The notes under the pieces were generated by a model. The model saw only the letters and a list, made by a program, of their open reading frames with translations, was not told the origin of the DNA and did no database searches. Shown here piece after piece: positions 28,777-38,619 of a stretch of DNA of 64,000 nucleotides. Origin of the DNA: Thermoanaerobaculia bacterium (GTDB lineage Bacteria; Acidobacteriota; Thermoanaerobaculia; Gp7-AA8); the NCBI GenBank assembly GCA_035999335.1, contig DASYGV010000077.1, positions 7,064-71,063 of the forward strand, read 5' to 3'. A program made the position numbers and the translations under genes. Every line of letters begins with the position of its first letter. The first letter of the stretch is position 1.

Positions 28777-30667
28777 TCGCCGGGTTGCGCGCGAAGAAGC
28801 CCGCCGGAATCAGCTTGAAGCCCGTCTGGTGCACGTTCATGATCGGCCACTCCTCGGCGCGCGGGATGTGCGTCACGCCGGTCGTGTACCAGACCACGAC
28901 GTCCGACTTGTCGAGCGCCTCGTCGTCCGCCGTCCACTTCTCCAGTCCGTCGCCGCCGGAGCTCTGGTTTGGGTAGTAGCCCGACGCGTGCATCTCCGCA
29001 TCGCGGAAGCGCGTGGCCCAGAAGTGATGATCGAGGAACGCCGCGCGCTTGCGCGCAGGCGCGGTCGCAGTGACGAACGGCAGTGAGTTGTCGCCCGGCA
29101 CGAGCAGGTACGCGGTCGATCCGCCGAGGGCGTTCTTCACCGCTGGATTGACGACCTTCCACTTGCGCTGCGCGGCGAGGCTGAGCTCGCGCCGCGCGGT
29201 TTTCTCGGACGCGAGCTTCGTCGACTCCATCAGGAACGCGTTGCCGAGGGCGTTCGCGGCGGGGTCGTCGATCGCGCGGCTGTTGCTTTCGTAAATGCTG
29301 TTTGCGACGCCGTCGACGTCGAAGTCGAGACGGAAATTGAAGAAGTGCTGGTGATGCGGTGCGACGAGATTCGGCGCGACGACGTGCGCACTGTGGAGGT
29401 CGTGTCCGGCCTCGTCGGCAACGCCCTTCGTGAGCATGATCCCGGTGAGGTCGGCGCGGAACTCGAGCGTGCCGTCCTGGTGGAAGATCCAGTTCAGCGC
29501 GTAGTCGTAGTTTCCGACCGTCGCGATGAACATCACCACGAGCTGCCGCCCGCGGCGCGACTCGTTGTAGTCGCGATCGATGTCGTAGTGCTTCCAGAGC
29601 AGGCCGGCGTCGCGCTCGAACACCGCCACCGCGTCGCGCAAGTTCAGAACCTCGCCGGCATCACTTGCGACGGGGAAATCGACGTACACCGCGTTCTCCG
29701 GCGCATCGACGTTCCGCTCGATCGGCGACGCGAGCCGGCCGATGCCGTACTCGCCGACGTCGAACGCGCTCCGCCAGGCCCAGTTCGGATCGGCGTCGCC
29801 GTAAGGCACGACCATCTCCGAGAGCGACGCGCGGTAGAGCACCGAGCGCTCCTTCTCGCCGTCGACCCACCGCACGCGATGCAGTACGAGTCCCTCGCGC
29901 GGATCGAGTCCGAAGTGGAAGCGCCAGTTCTCCCACGCCACGTCCCCGCCATTCATCGAGAACCCGGCCCCCTCGGACTGCACGATCTTCAGCGGCTTCG
30001 GAGACGGCCGCAGCGGAGCGTTGCTCTTTTCGTCGAGCGCGCCCTTGTCCTTCGAGATCGGAACGACGCCGCTGTCCGTCACCTCGAGCACGGTTTTCTT
30101 CGTCAGGTTGATCACCGCGACCACGCCTTCGATCGGCCGCGAGTACCAGTTCGAGTCCTCGTCGTCTTTGTAGAAGAAGATCGCGCGAATGATGCGCGAG
30201 CCGTCGGCCATGTCGCCGAGGTAGCCGGGCGCCCAGGCGTCGACTTTGACTTTGTCGAGCTCGATGCCGCGCTTGCGCATTGCCTCCTGGAACCGCGGAT
30301 CGGCTTTGATGATCTCCGGCGCGATCGCGTACTCCTCGATGACCACCGACGGCTGCACGTTCGGAATCGTCTTCCACGTTTTGATCGCCTTGCCCGCCAG
30401 GTCGACGACCACTTCGTTGGTCTTGTTGTGATCGCGGTCGAGCAGGACGACAAACGCCTCGCGCGCGATCGGCTTCCCTTCGAGAATCTGCGCCTTGGTC
30501 GGCTCATTGAGCGAAACGACCGCGAACAGAGAGCCCTCGACGAACCGCTCGTCCGCTTTCGTCGCGGTGACGGCCGCGGTGATCTCATCGACAGTGATGG
30601 AGTCGAGCGGATGCGCCGCGAAGAGCGGAAGGGCGAGAAGAAGGACGAGCGTCGTTCTTACGGTCAT
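28709..30667 (-). CDS. Copper (topaquinone) primary-amine oxidase
   Basis: Internal ATG at 30667 gives a signal peptide; TVGNYDY TPQ precursor motif; HHQHFF copper-ligand region. Confidence 0.9.
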   Translation of the reverse strand: MTVRTTLVLLLALPLFAAHPLDSITVDEITAAVTATKADERFVEGSLFAVVSLNEPTKAQILEGKPIAREAFVVLLDRDHNKTNEVVVDLAGKAIKTWKTIPNVQPSVVIEEYAIAPEIIKADPRFQEAMRKRGIELDKVKVDAWAPGYLGDMADGSRIIRAIFFYKDDEDSNWYSRPIEGVVAVINLTKKTVLEVTDSGVVPISKDKGALDEKSNAPLRPSPKPLKIVQSEGAGFSMNGGDVAWENWRFHFGLDPREGLVLHRVRWVDGEKERSVLYRASLSEMVVPYGDADPNWAWRSAFDVGEYGIGRLASPIERNVDAPENAVYVDFPVASDAGEVLNLRDAVAVFERDAGLLWKHYDIDRDYNESRRGRQLVVMFIATVGNYDYALNWIFHQDGTLEFRADLTGIMLTKGVADEAGHDLHSAHVVAPNLVAPHHQHFFNFRLDFDVDGVANSIYESNSRAIDDPAANALGNAFLMESTKLASEKTARRELSLAAQRKWKVVNPAVKNALGGSTAYLLVPGDNSLPFVTATAPARKRAAFLDHHFWATRFRDAEMHASGYYPNQSSGGDGLEKWTADDEALDKSDVVVWYTTGVTHIPRAEEWPIMNVHQTGFKLIPAGFFARNPAINVPRSPSASATSAAPDRQEQH

Positions 30668-30770
30668 GCGCGAATGATAACTGCGCGCACAGAGTCGCCT
30701 TTCTTCTCTATTGTCCGCCCTTCCGGATCGGAGTACCCTTCTGCGTTCCGGTAGCTTCCCACACACGACT

Positions 30771-33700
30771 ATGCAGAATGGCTTCGACGATCCGGTCAAG
30801 CTCCACCGCCTGGTGCGTCTCACTGAGCTGACGCAGCAGATGATGGCGGACCTTGGAACGACTCCGCTCCAAGAACAGCTCGACCGAATTGCAAAAGCGG
30901 CGCAAGAGACGCTGGAAGCCGAAGCGTGCGGCGTTTTTCTCGTCGCCGACAAAAAAGGCGAGCGAGGAACGAAGGAACTGATTCTCGAGGCAAGCGTGGG
31001 GCATCGTGAAAAGGGCGCAGAGCTCGGAAAGCGCCTCCCCATCAAGAGCTGCGAACGCTGCGGGCTGACGAGCCACATCGCTTACCAGGGAGAGCTGTTC
31101 CATGCATACGGCAGAGACCTGAGGGATCACTTCGCCGTAACGAATCCCGCGCATGAGCTGCGGCATACGGAGGGGCCGTGTGTCTCACTGCTGGCGATGC
31201 CGCTTCACAAGAAAGCCGGCGAGAAGAAAGAGCTGGTGGGACTGCTTCGCATCGACAACAAACGACGGCCGGACGGTCAACTGGTCACGGAAAGCGGCTT
31301 CGACGAAGACGACAAGTGGTTGATCCAACTCTTCGCCGGCATCGCGGTCGTCGCGATCGAGAACGCGGAGCTGATGCACTACAAGTCCAGCCTGATCTCG
31401 AGCTGCCCGAGCGGCATCATCGCCGTCAATCGACAAGGCATCGTCACCGAGTACAACGACAAAGCTGCAAAGATCCTCGGGAAGCCGCGAGAAGAAGCGA
31501 TGAACCGGCCGGTCCATGACCTGTACATGGATCCCAACGAGCCGCATAACATCGGCGACATGCTTCGCGAAAAGGGTGGCCGGATAGAAGACTACAAGAC
31601 ACTCGTAAGAGGTCCCAATGGCGAGCCGATTCCGATTCTGCATGCGGCAACCTGGCTCATTGCGGGCGGCTCGAGCGGTCAGCGCCTGGGGAGCGTCGGC
31701 TATTTCCAGGATGTGAGCGAGCTCCGCAAGCTCGAACGGCGCGATACATTGCTGAAAACCATCGACCTGGTCGCAAAGACGAGCGACATGGAGACCGGTC
31801 TGCAGCGATTCACCGAGGAAATGGTGCAGTTGCTCGGACGCTCGTATTGCGCGGTCCGGCTTCTCGAGAATGAAGAACGCCCGGTGCTCACGCTGCGCGC
31901 GGCGAGCCGAATTGATGACTCCTCGTGGCGCCCACCCATCCATGCACGCATGACGATCGACGAGTGTCCAGGACTGCTTGATCTGCTCGCCGGCGGCGTG
32001 CCAAAAATCCGGCAATCGGAGGACGAGCGGTTTCGCTTTACTCTGCAAAGGCTCACGAAGAGCATGGGCTTCGATCGACACCTGCAGTCCGTGCTCATCG
32101 GACCGCTGAACGTCGGCGGCCGCATCGTCGGGCTGATCGAGCTCGGTGACCGCCGCAGTATCACGCGCGAGACATTTGCGCCGGACGAAGAGATCGAGCT
32201 CGTCGGCGTGGTTGCGGCGCAAATGGGCGTTCTGATGGACCGTCTGCACCTCATCGAACAGACGACGCTGCGAGAGCGACGGCTCGCGAAACTCGCCAGG
32301 AGTGCTGCAGCGCTGAGGCCGGAAGCGGATCTTGCTACGCTGCTTCGCCACGTGGTCCGTCTCGCTCCCGAATTGATCGATTACGGCGTCGCGGGAATCT
32401 ATCTGTGGCATCCGCCGACGAAGAAATTTGTCCTCCGCGAGGGCGAGGGACTTCCTCGAGGTCTCATCGAACAAGAACCTGAGGCCGTCTCTGTGATCGC
32501 GACCGCAGGACGCGATCGCGAGACCCAATACGCCCGCACGCTGACGCTCAGCGCATCGGGCGTGACGATCGAGCTCGGGGAAACACTCGCAGTGCCCTTG
32601 CGCGTGCAAAGTGGCTTAGCGGAGGGCGTTCTCTTTGTTGCGAATCCGACGCAACAACTTCGCATCGATGGCGTCGACCAGGACGTCCTGGAGCGCTTTG
32701 CGTTTCATGTCGCCACGGCCGTTCAGACCGCGCGCCTTCTGAGTCACGCTGACCGCACGGGCGGACGGGCGGAAGTCCTCGACCACGTAACCGACTACAT
32801 CCTGAAATGCACCGATGAGGAAAAGTTGCATCACGCCTTTCTGACCGGCATCACCGCCAGCTACGGCCTACGGTTCAACCGCGCATTCCTTTTCGGGATT
32901 GACGACTCAGAGAACTATCTCGTCGGAAAGTACGGAATTGGGGAGCTCGACCAAAAAGACGCCGATGCGTCTTGGAACATCGACGAGGAAAGCGGACTCG
33001 TGGACTTCGGCCGTTATGTGCAGCGATCTGAAGCCGGCGAGATCGGCGCCTCGACCATCGGGCAGCTCATCCGGAGCGTTCAATTCCAGATCGGCGTCGG
33101 CGACCATTTTTCAGAGGTCATCCGCGGACACGATGAGTATCGAATCGTCGATCCGTCAGATTTCGGGAGGTTGCCGGAGTTCTTCTTCAATCAATTCCGC
33201 GTCACATCGCACGTCGTGATCGTGCCTCTTGGAACCTCGGGCAAGCGACTTGGCCTTCTGGTCGCCGACAACAAATTCACGCGCGCACCGGTCGATACGA
33301 ACGTGAATGCATTGACTGCATTCGCACGGACGGTCACCGTCGCGCTCGAGAACCGCGCTCTCCTCAAGGAGCTCGACGATCACCAGCGCCAGCTCGAAGC
33401 ATTCTATGCAATGAGCAGTGATCTCGCGGCGGTCACCGACCCGGACCTGATTCTCGGCATGCTTGCGGATCGGGCAATCCGCACGATGAATGCCTACGGA
33501 GCAACGCTGCTGTTGTTTGACTCCACGCGCACGATCGTCAAACGGATTCCGCTCGGACGAGATCGAGAGGTTGATCCCAAGACGGGCGTCCGTGACAACG
33601 GCATCACAATGGAAGTGCTGCGCACGGGAAAGGCGCGCAAAATCGAAGACGTTGGACGTGGAACCGATTTGAACCCGCTACTGATGTTCCGCGGCATCAA

Positions 33701-35588
33701 AGCGGCGCTCTGCGCGCCGCTTTCACTTCCCGACAAACAACTGGGGGTCATTTGGTTTCACTACGACCGCCCCCGCCGTTTCAGCATGTCCCTCGTTGGC
33801 GCGCTGCAACTCGTTCTCAATCAAGCCACGGTCGCCTACGAGCAGGCCCGGCGCATCAAGGCACTCGAGGGAATCCGTGAGGCGGCCGAGTCACTCGCCG
33901 CAACCGAGGACCTCGGCGGCGTTCTCAACCGCATTGTCGATAGTGCTAGGCGTTTATTTCATGCGTCCTCCTCGATCTTGTGGCTCTCGGATGGTGAACG
34001 TTTTCTAGCCGAGCGCTCGGTCTCCAGCGGCCTCGACGCACAAATCTGGGAGGCTCGGCAAGCCCAGGGACCGGCCGCCATGGGGATCATGATTGAACAT
34101 CTGCGCGGCGGCTGGATCGGCATTTCCGACTACAAGACTGCTTCCGATTCCACCGTGCCCCAGGAGATGCTCGACTTTCTCGAAGAGGTCGACGCGCGCG
34201 GGTATCAACTCGTTCCCTTGTCGGTCGGTGAGGAGAAGCTCGGTGTCCTTTGTACGGTGCACAAAAGCCCCGTTCCTCCGGGCGAAGATCAACAGTTCAT
34301 CGCCGAAGAGTTCGCAACCCACAGCGCGTGGTCGCTCAAGAAGGCGCGACTTCTCGAAACGGTCATGAAGGCAAAGGCCGCTGCGAAGGTCGTGGCGGAA
34401 GTCGTTGCCAGCGGGACTCAGCGGACGGTCCGGGAGAAGCTCGATCGCATCGCTCAACTTTCTCTCGACGCTCTCGGTTGTGGCGCGGTCGTCCTTTTCG
34501 CGAGCAATGACGGAGACTTGAGTCACCCGGCGGCGACCGCGGGCGTGAACTTCCCCGAGGCGATGGAAAACGATGCCGAAAAGCAGGACTACGATCTTGT
34601 CCGCCGCCTATTGAAGGCGCCACGTCCGGAGATCGTACCGAACGTTCGAGAGCATCCCGACTTCATGCAGCGGCGTTTCGTCCTGGACGAAGAAATCCGT
34701 TCGTGCGCGGCGTTTCCGCTCCGCGCCGGCGACACGAGCGTGGGCGTGATGTTCGTGAACTATCGAACTCCGCACGCGTTCACCGCGCGCGAAGTCGACG
34801 ACATCGAGCTGTTCGCGAGCCAGGCGGCGACAGCCATCCATTCGGCACAGTTGTTCGACGATCTGAATCGCAAAATAGAAGAGCTTCACAATACGGAGCA
34901 GCTCCTCGCGGCGCGCACGGATGTGGCGTGGATCGGCCTTCGGACGATCGACTGGTCCCACAGCGTGGCCAATGCAGTCAGCAAGATTCTCAATCTTTTA
35001 GCGGCATTGCGTCGGTCGACTCGTGACGGTGTAGCCACCATGAAGATCGACCGCGCGTCGCAGCTCGTCCGCCAAATGGCGCGACCGCCTCTGCCGGAGT
35101 ACGACGCACCCACTCAAGCAGTTTTCGCGATCGACGAGCCGTTGTTGCGGTCGCTTCGCGATGACATTTCGACGATTTATAACGCGGACAGCACGACGTT
35201 CCGCATCGAAATCGACCTTCCCACGGAGACCCACGTACAGGCCGCGCAATGGTGGCTGCAGTGCGTCATCGGCTATGCGGTGAAAAACGCGTTGGACGCT
35301 TTCAGCAACACGCAACAGGAGCGCGAGATCGTTCTCGGGGCTCGTCGCGCGGGTCGCCACGTCGAGATCTTCATTCGAGACAACGGCCCAGGGATTCCGC
35401 CGGAGCTCCTCGAGACGCTGACCGTGCGGCCCGTGCCCAAAGAAGACCGCGCAAGCGGCCTCGGAATTGGTCTCTGGGTCACTCGCCGGGTCATGCAGAT
35501 CTTCAACGGCGACGTTCATGTAAGCAATGTAGAACCGCACGGCGCATTAGTTGTACTGACGCTGCCGGTCCTCGATCGACTTCCATGA
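30771..35588 (+). CDS. Cytoplasmic sensor histidine kinase with about seven GAF-like modules and one PAS module
   Basis: No TM segment; repeated GAF-like blocks; PAS-like SCPSGIIAVNRQGIVTEYNDKAAKILG; kinase core with DWSHSVANAV, IRDNGPGIPPE and GLGIGLW. Confidence 0.85.
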   Translation: MQNGFDDPVKLHRLVRLTELTQQMMADLGTTPLQEQLDRIAKAAQETLEAEACGVFLVADKKGERGTKELILEASVGHREKGAELGKRLPIKSCERCGLTSHIAYQGELFHAYGRDLRDHFAVTNPAHELRHTEGPCVSLLAMPLHKKAGEKKELVGLLRIDNKRRPDGQLVTESGFDEDDKWLIQLFAGIAVVAIENAELMHYKSSLISSCPSGIIAVNRQGIVTEYNDKAAKILGKPREEAMNRPVHDLYMDPNEPHNIGDMLREKGGRIEDYKTLVRGPNGEPIPILHAATWLIAGGSSGQRLGSVGYFQDVSELRKLERRDTLLKTIDLVAKTSDMETGLQRFTEEMVQLLGRSYCAVRLLENEERPVLTLRAASRIDDSSWRPPIHARMTIDECPGLLDLLAGGVPKIRQSEDERFRFTLQRLTKSMGFDRHLQSVLIGPLNVGGRIVGLIELGDRRSITRETFAPDEEIELVGVVAAQMGVLMDRLHLIEQTTLRERRLAKLARSAAALRPEADLATLLRHVVRLAPELIDYGVAGIYLWHPPTKKFVLREGEGLPRGLIEQEPEAVSVIATAGRDRETQYARTLTLSASGVTIELGETLAVPLRVQSGLAEGVLFVANPTQQLRIDGVDQDVLERFAFHVATAVQTARLLSHADRTGGRAEVLDHVTDYILKCTDEEKLHHAFLTGITASYGLRFNRAFLFGIDDSENYLVGKYGIGELDQKDADASWNIDEESGLVDFGRYVQRSEAGEIGASTIGQLIRSVQFQIGVGDHFSEVIRGHDEYRIVDPSDFGRLPEFFFNQFRVTSHVVIVPLGTSGKRLGLLVADNKFTRAPVDTNVNALTAFARTVTVALENRALLKELDDHQRQLEAFYAMSSDLAAVTDPDLILGMLADRAIRTMNAYGATLLLFDSTRTIVKRIPLGRDREVDPKTGVRDNGITMEVLRTGKARKIEDVGRGTDLNPLLMFRGIKAALCAPLSLPDKQLGVIWFHYDRPRRFSMSLVGALQLVLNQATVAYEQARRIKALEGIREAAESLAATEDLGGVLNRIVDSARRLFHASSSILWLSDGERFLAERSVSSGLDAQIWEARQAQGPAAMGIMIEHLRGGWIGISDYKTASDSTVPQEMLDFLEEVDARGYQLVPLSVGEEKLGVLCTVHKSPVPPGEDQQFIAEEFATHSAWSLKKARLLETVMKAKAAAKVVAEVVASGTQRTVREKLDRIAQLSLDALGCGAVVLFASNDGDLSHPAATAGVNFPEAMENDAEKQDYDLVRRLLKAPRPEIVPNVREHPDFMQRRFVLDEEIRSCAAFPLRAGDTSVGVMFVNYRTPHAFTAREVDDIELFASQAATAIHSAQLFDDLNRKIEELHNTEQLLAARTDVAWIGLRTIDWSHSVANAVSKILNLLAALRRSTRDGVATMKIDRASQLVRQMARPPLPEYDAPTQAVFAIDEPLLRSLRDDISTIYNADSTTFRIEIDLPTETHVQAAQWWLQCVIGYAVKNALDAFSNTQQEREIVLGARRAGRHVEIFIRDNGPGIPPELLETLTVRPVPKEDRASGLGIGLWVTRRVMQIFNGDVHVSNVEPHGALVVLTLPVLDRLP

Positions 35589-35601
35589 GAAAGAACACGA
35601 C

Positions 35602-36444
35602 ATGGCGAACTACACGATTCTCCTCGTAGACGACGACAAAGAGACGGTCGACCTTTATGCCGAATCACTGGAAGCAGCCGGCTATGATGTCCTGCGATGC
35701 GCGGGCGAACGACCAGCAAAAGCGCTGATCCACAACAAGCCAGCATCGTTCGACCTCGCCATCATCGACGTTCGGCTCCGGCCGCCGCGCGATGACACGA
35801 GCGGCTTCGAGGTGGCGAAAGCCATCAAACGTGACATTCCGGTGGTCATCTTTTCGGAGAATCTCAATCTCGAAAGAGCTTTGCGGGCCGGGAGTCTTTC
35901 CAAAGAAGGAGCGATTCGTGACGCACACGTCATTCGCAAGTCCGACGGACCTGAAGCATTGATCGACCTGATTCGCAAGATTCTTCCTCACCGTGTCTTC
36001 ATCGCCCACGGCCACGACACGAACTTCCGACACGATGTCTTCTTGACGCTTACAAATCTCGGGGTCAGCCCGACGGTGCTGATGGAAACCGCCACTGAAG
36101 GGGACACCATCGCAGAATCCATCGAGAGGCATTCCAACGTCAGCTTCGCCGTGATCCTCGTAACCGCTGACGACCTAGGCAAGGCCAAGAACGACAAAGC
36201 GCTGCAACCGCGAGCGCGCCAAAACGTCATGGTCGAATGGGGCTACTTCATAGGCAAACTTGGCCGACAGAGAGTGATTGCCCTCAACAAGAGCGATCCG
36301 AAGAAACCAATCGAGCTCCTCCCGACGGACTACTACGGGCTGCGCTTCATCCCCGTCGACAACGACGGCAAGTGGCGCCGGAGCCTCGCGAAGGAGCTCG
36401 CGAATGCGGGGATTCCGGTTCATTTGGAGCGCCTTCCGCCTTGA
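35602..36444 (+). CDS. Response regulator: receiver domain fused to a TIR-like (COG4271/PF10137, Cap12/PycTIR-type) domain
   Basis: LLVDDD and DLAIIDVRL receiver motifs. C-terminal RVFIAHGHD...FAVILVTADDLG...PRARQNVMVEWGYFIGKLGRQRVIAL...LAKELANAGI. Starts 13 nt after the kinase stop. Confidence 0.75.
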   Translation: MANYTILLVDDDKETVDLYAESLEAAGYDVLRCAGERPAKALIHNKPASFDLAIIDVRLRPPRDDTSGFEVAKAIKRDIPVVIFSENLNLERALRAGSLSKEGAIRDAHVIRKSDGPEALIDLIRKILPHRVFIAHGHDTNFRHDVFLTLTNLGVSPTVLMETATEGDTIAESIERHSNVSFAVILVTADDLGKAKNDKALQPRARQNVMVEWGYFIGKLGRQRVIALNKSDPKKPIELLPTDYYGLRFIPVDNDGKWRRSLAKELANAGIPVHLERLPP

Positions 36445-36575
36445 TGGTCGTCGTTCATTGGAGGACGTGAGACTGGCCACTCCGTTGCTTGTCAAACGCA
36501 GCTGTGAGCCCGCTACCGCTTCCGATCCCATCCGTTGGCCGCGCTCTTGCTCTCTAACCGCGCGGAGAACGCACC

Positions 36576-36812
36576 ATGAACAAGCTCATTGTCTTTGCGG
36601 CGATCCTCGTCCTCTGCGGTGCCGCGTGCCAGCAGACCACCGAGAGAGAAGTCAGTGCGACGGAGACCACCGAGACGACCACCATCTCCACCGCCACCGT
36701 CGATACCGCGGCCGCCGAGGAGGCGGTACGCGACGCGGCTCACGAAACCGGAACGGCCCTGGAGACCGCCGGCAAAGAGCTGCAGGAAGAAGCGAAGACG
36801 GACACGAAGTAG
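36576..36812 (+). CDS. Small exported Thr/Glu/Ala-rich protein
   Basis: Signal-like MNKLIVFAAILVLCGAAC, 78 aa. Confidence 0.5.
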   Translation: MNKLIVFAAILVLCGAACQQTTEREVSATETTETTTISTATVDTAAAEEAVRDAAHETGTALETAGKELQEEAKTDTK

Positions 36813-36821
36813 GAGGCCTCG

Positions 36822-37088
36822 ATGGACATCCTCACCTGGCTCATCGTCGGACTCGTTGCCGGCGTGCTCGCGTCGATCGTCATGGGCGGCACCGGGTACG
36901 GGATCATCGGCGACATCATCATCGGCATCGTCGGAGCGTTCGTCGGCGGCTGGATCTTCAGCAAGCTCGGCGTGTCGACGCCGTTCGGAGGACTGCCCGG
37001 AACGATCTTCATCGCGTTCGTCGGCGCCTTGGTTCTGCTGTTCGTGCTCCGGATCATTCGCGGAGCCGGAACGCGCAGACTCGACTAA
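36822..37088 (+). CDS. GlsB/YeaQ/YmgE family stress-response membrane protein
   Basis: ILTWLIVGLVAGVLAS..GIIGDIIIGIVGAFVGGWIF pattern typical of the family. Confidence 0.85.
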   Translation: MDILTWLIVGLVAGVLASIVMGGTGYGIIGDIIIGIVGAFVGGWIFSKLGVSTPFGGLPGTIFIAFVGALVLLFVLRIIRGAGTRRLD

Positions 37089-37091
37089 TCG

Positions 37092-38066
37092 CTACGGAAC
37101 GCGCGCCCGCCCGATCGTGTTCGCGTCCGTGCCAAACCAGAGCTCGCGGCGCTTCGCGTCGAAGACCATGTGTCGCACGGTGCTTCCTCCGCTCGGCACG
37201 TTGCCGATCGCGAAGAACTCCTTCGACGCCGGATCGAACCCGACGAGACGATTCGGCTGCGGTCCGCTTTCGACGAGCCACATCCTGCCGCGGTCGTCTA
37301 CCGACATCGCGTACGGCAGCGAGCCTTTGCCCCCCGGCGTCAGCCACTCCTCGACCTTGCGCGTCTTCGGATCAAACCGTGCCAAGCGACCGCGCGCGTA
37401 GTCGACGTACCAGATCGCGCCGTCGCGTCCGAGGGCGATGCGCCGTCCGCGAGCGCCTTCGGGCAGCGGATGCTCCTCGAGCTTCATCGTGTTCGGATCG
37501 ATCGTGCCGAGAAAGTTGCGGCCGAATTCGTTGAACCAGGGACGGCCGGTTGCGTCGAGGATGATGCCGTACGGACGCGAGCCGGCCGTCGGCACTTTCA
37601 CCAGACGGACGGCGCCGCTCTTCGGCGCGAGACGTCCGACGAAACTGCCGCTCTGCACCGTGAACCAGATGTCTCCGTTCGACGCGAGCACGAGCGTGTG
37701 CGGATCGCCTGCGGCGGAATCGGGCATCGGGAACTTGCGGATCGCGCCGCTTTTCGGATCGAGACGGCCGATGTAGCCCTTGCGATTTCCCGCGAACCAG
37801 ATCGCACCGTCCGCGCCGACGATCAGATTGTGCGGACCGGTGCCTTCGTCGAGCTCGAAGCGCTGGAACTTCCCGCTCGCGGGATCGACCTTCGCGATGT
37901 AGTGGCCGGTCTGCCCGACGAACCACACGTTACCGTCGCGATCGACGGCAGGATCGCGCGGACGCGTGTCCTCCCACGGGACGGTCCACTCGCGGATACC
38001 GACGGTGGTCTGCGCGGAAGCGGCGATCGCGGCGAAGAAAATGGACAGCAGAGCGATGCGTTTCAT
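37092..38066 (-). CDS. Exported beta-propeller protein (Vgb/streptogramin-lyase-like repeats)
   Basis: Signal peptide; repeated GP..(I/L)..G.DG.IWF...G.IGR.DP..G modules. Confidence 0.7.
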   Translation of the reverse strand: MKRIALLSIFFAAIAASAQTTVGIREWTVPWEDTRPRDPAVDRDGNVWFVGQTGHYIAKVDPASGKFQRFELDEGTGPHNLIVGADGAIWFAGNRKGYIGRLDPKSGAIRKFPMPDSAAGDPHTLVLASNGDIWFTVQSGSFVGRLAPKSGAVRLVKVPTAGSRPYGIILDATGRPWFNEFGRNFLGTIDPNTMKLEEHPLPEGARGRRIALGRDGAIWYVDYARGRLARFDPKTRKVEEWLTPGGKGSLPYAMSVDDRGRMWLVESGPQPNRLVGFDPASKEFFAIGNVPSGGSTVRHMVFDAKRRELWFGTDANTIGRARVP

Positions 38067-38086
38067 CGTGTGCCTCCGGTCGGCAA

Positions 38087-38614
38087 TTATCCGCCGGCTT
38101 CGTAGCGGAACTTCACCGGCGTCGACGCGACGCTCCTGTCGTCACGGAACTTTGTCAACGTGCCGTTGAGCACCGCGGTCTCATAGGAAGGAGGCTCTGC
38201 TGCGAAGTTGCCAACAACCTGAAATGCACCGCTGAACTCGTAGTGCACATCGTCGACCGCCGCCGTCGTGAAGGTCAGGTTGCGGCCTTCGAGCTTCGGG
38301 CTGATCAGCGCGTAGTCCTTCGCGTCGCGGTCCTTCGGCCGGAGGAAGCCATTGAGCGGCGCCGAAGCCGCGTTCTCGTCGATCGTTGCCAGCGACAGAT
38401 GCTCGAGCTCCGCGAACTCCGCGGGAAGCTCGGTCATCGCGAAATAGGCTCCGGTCGGGTCGAGCGGCGTCTCGCTCGGCTCGGCCGGCGCCGGCTGCGC
38501 CTCGGTCGTCGTTGCGACGGTGCTCGTCGGTGCGGCGGCGGACGGCGGCTCCGCCTCGCGACAAGCGGCGACGGCGATGAGGAGGAGGGCGGCGATGATC
38601 CAATGGTGTGTCAT
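38087..38614 (-). CDS. Lipoprotein, unknown function
   Basis: Internal ATG at 38614 gives MTHHWIIAALLLIAVAAC lipobox. Confidence 0.55.
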   Translation of the reverse strand: MTHHWIIAALLLIAVAACREAEPPSAAAPTSTVATTTEAQPAPAEPSETPLDPTGAYFAMTELPAEFAELEHLSLATIDENAASAPLNGFLRPKDRDAKDYALISPKLEGRNLTFTTAAVDDVHYEFSGAFQVVGNFAAEPPSYETAVLNGTLTKFRDDRSVASTPVKFRYEAGG

Positions 38615-38619
38615 GGCGG

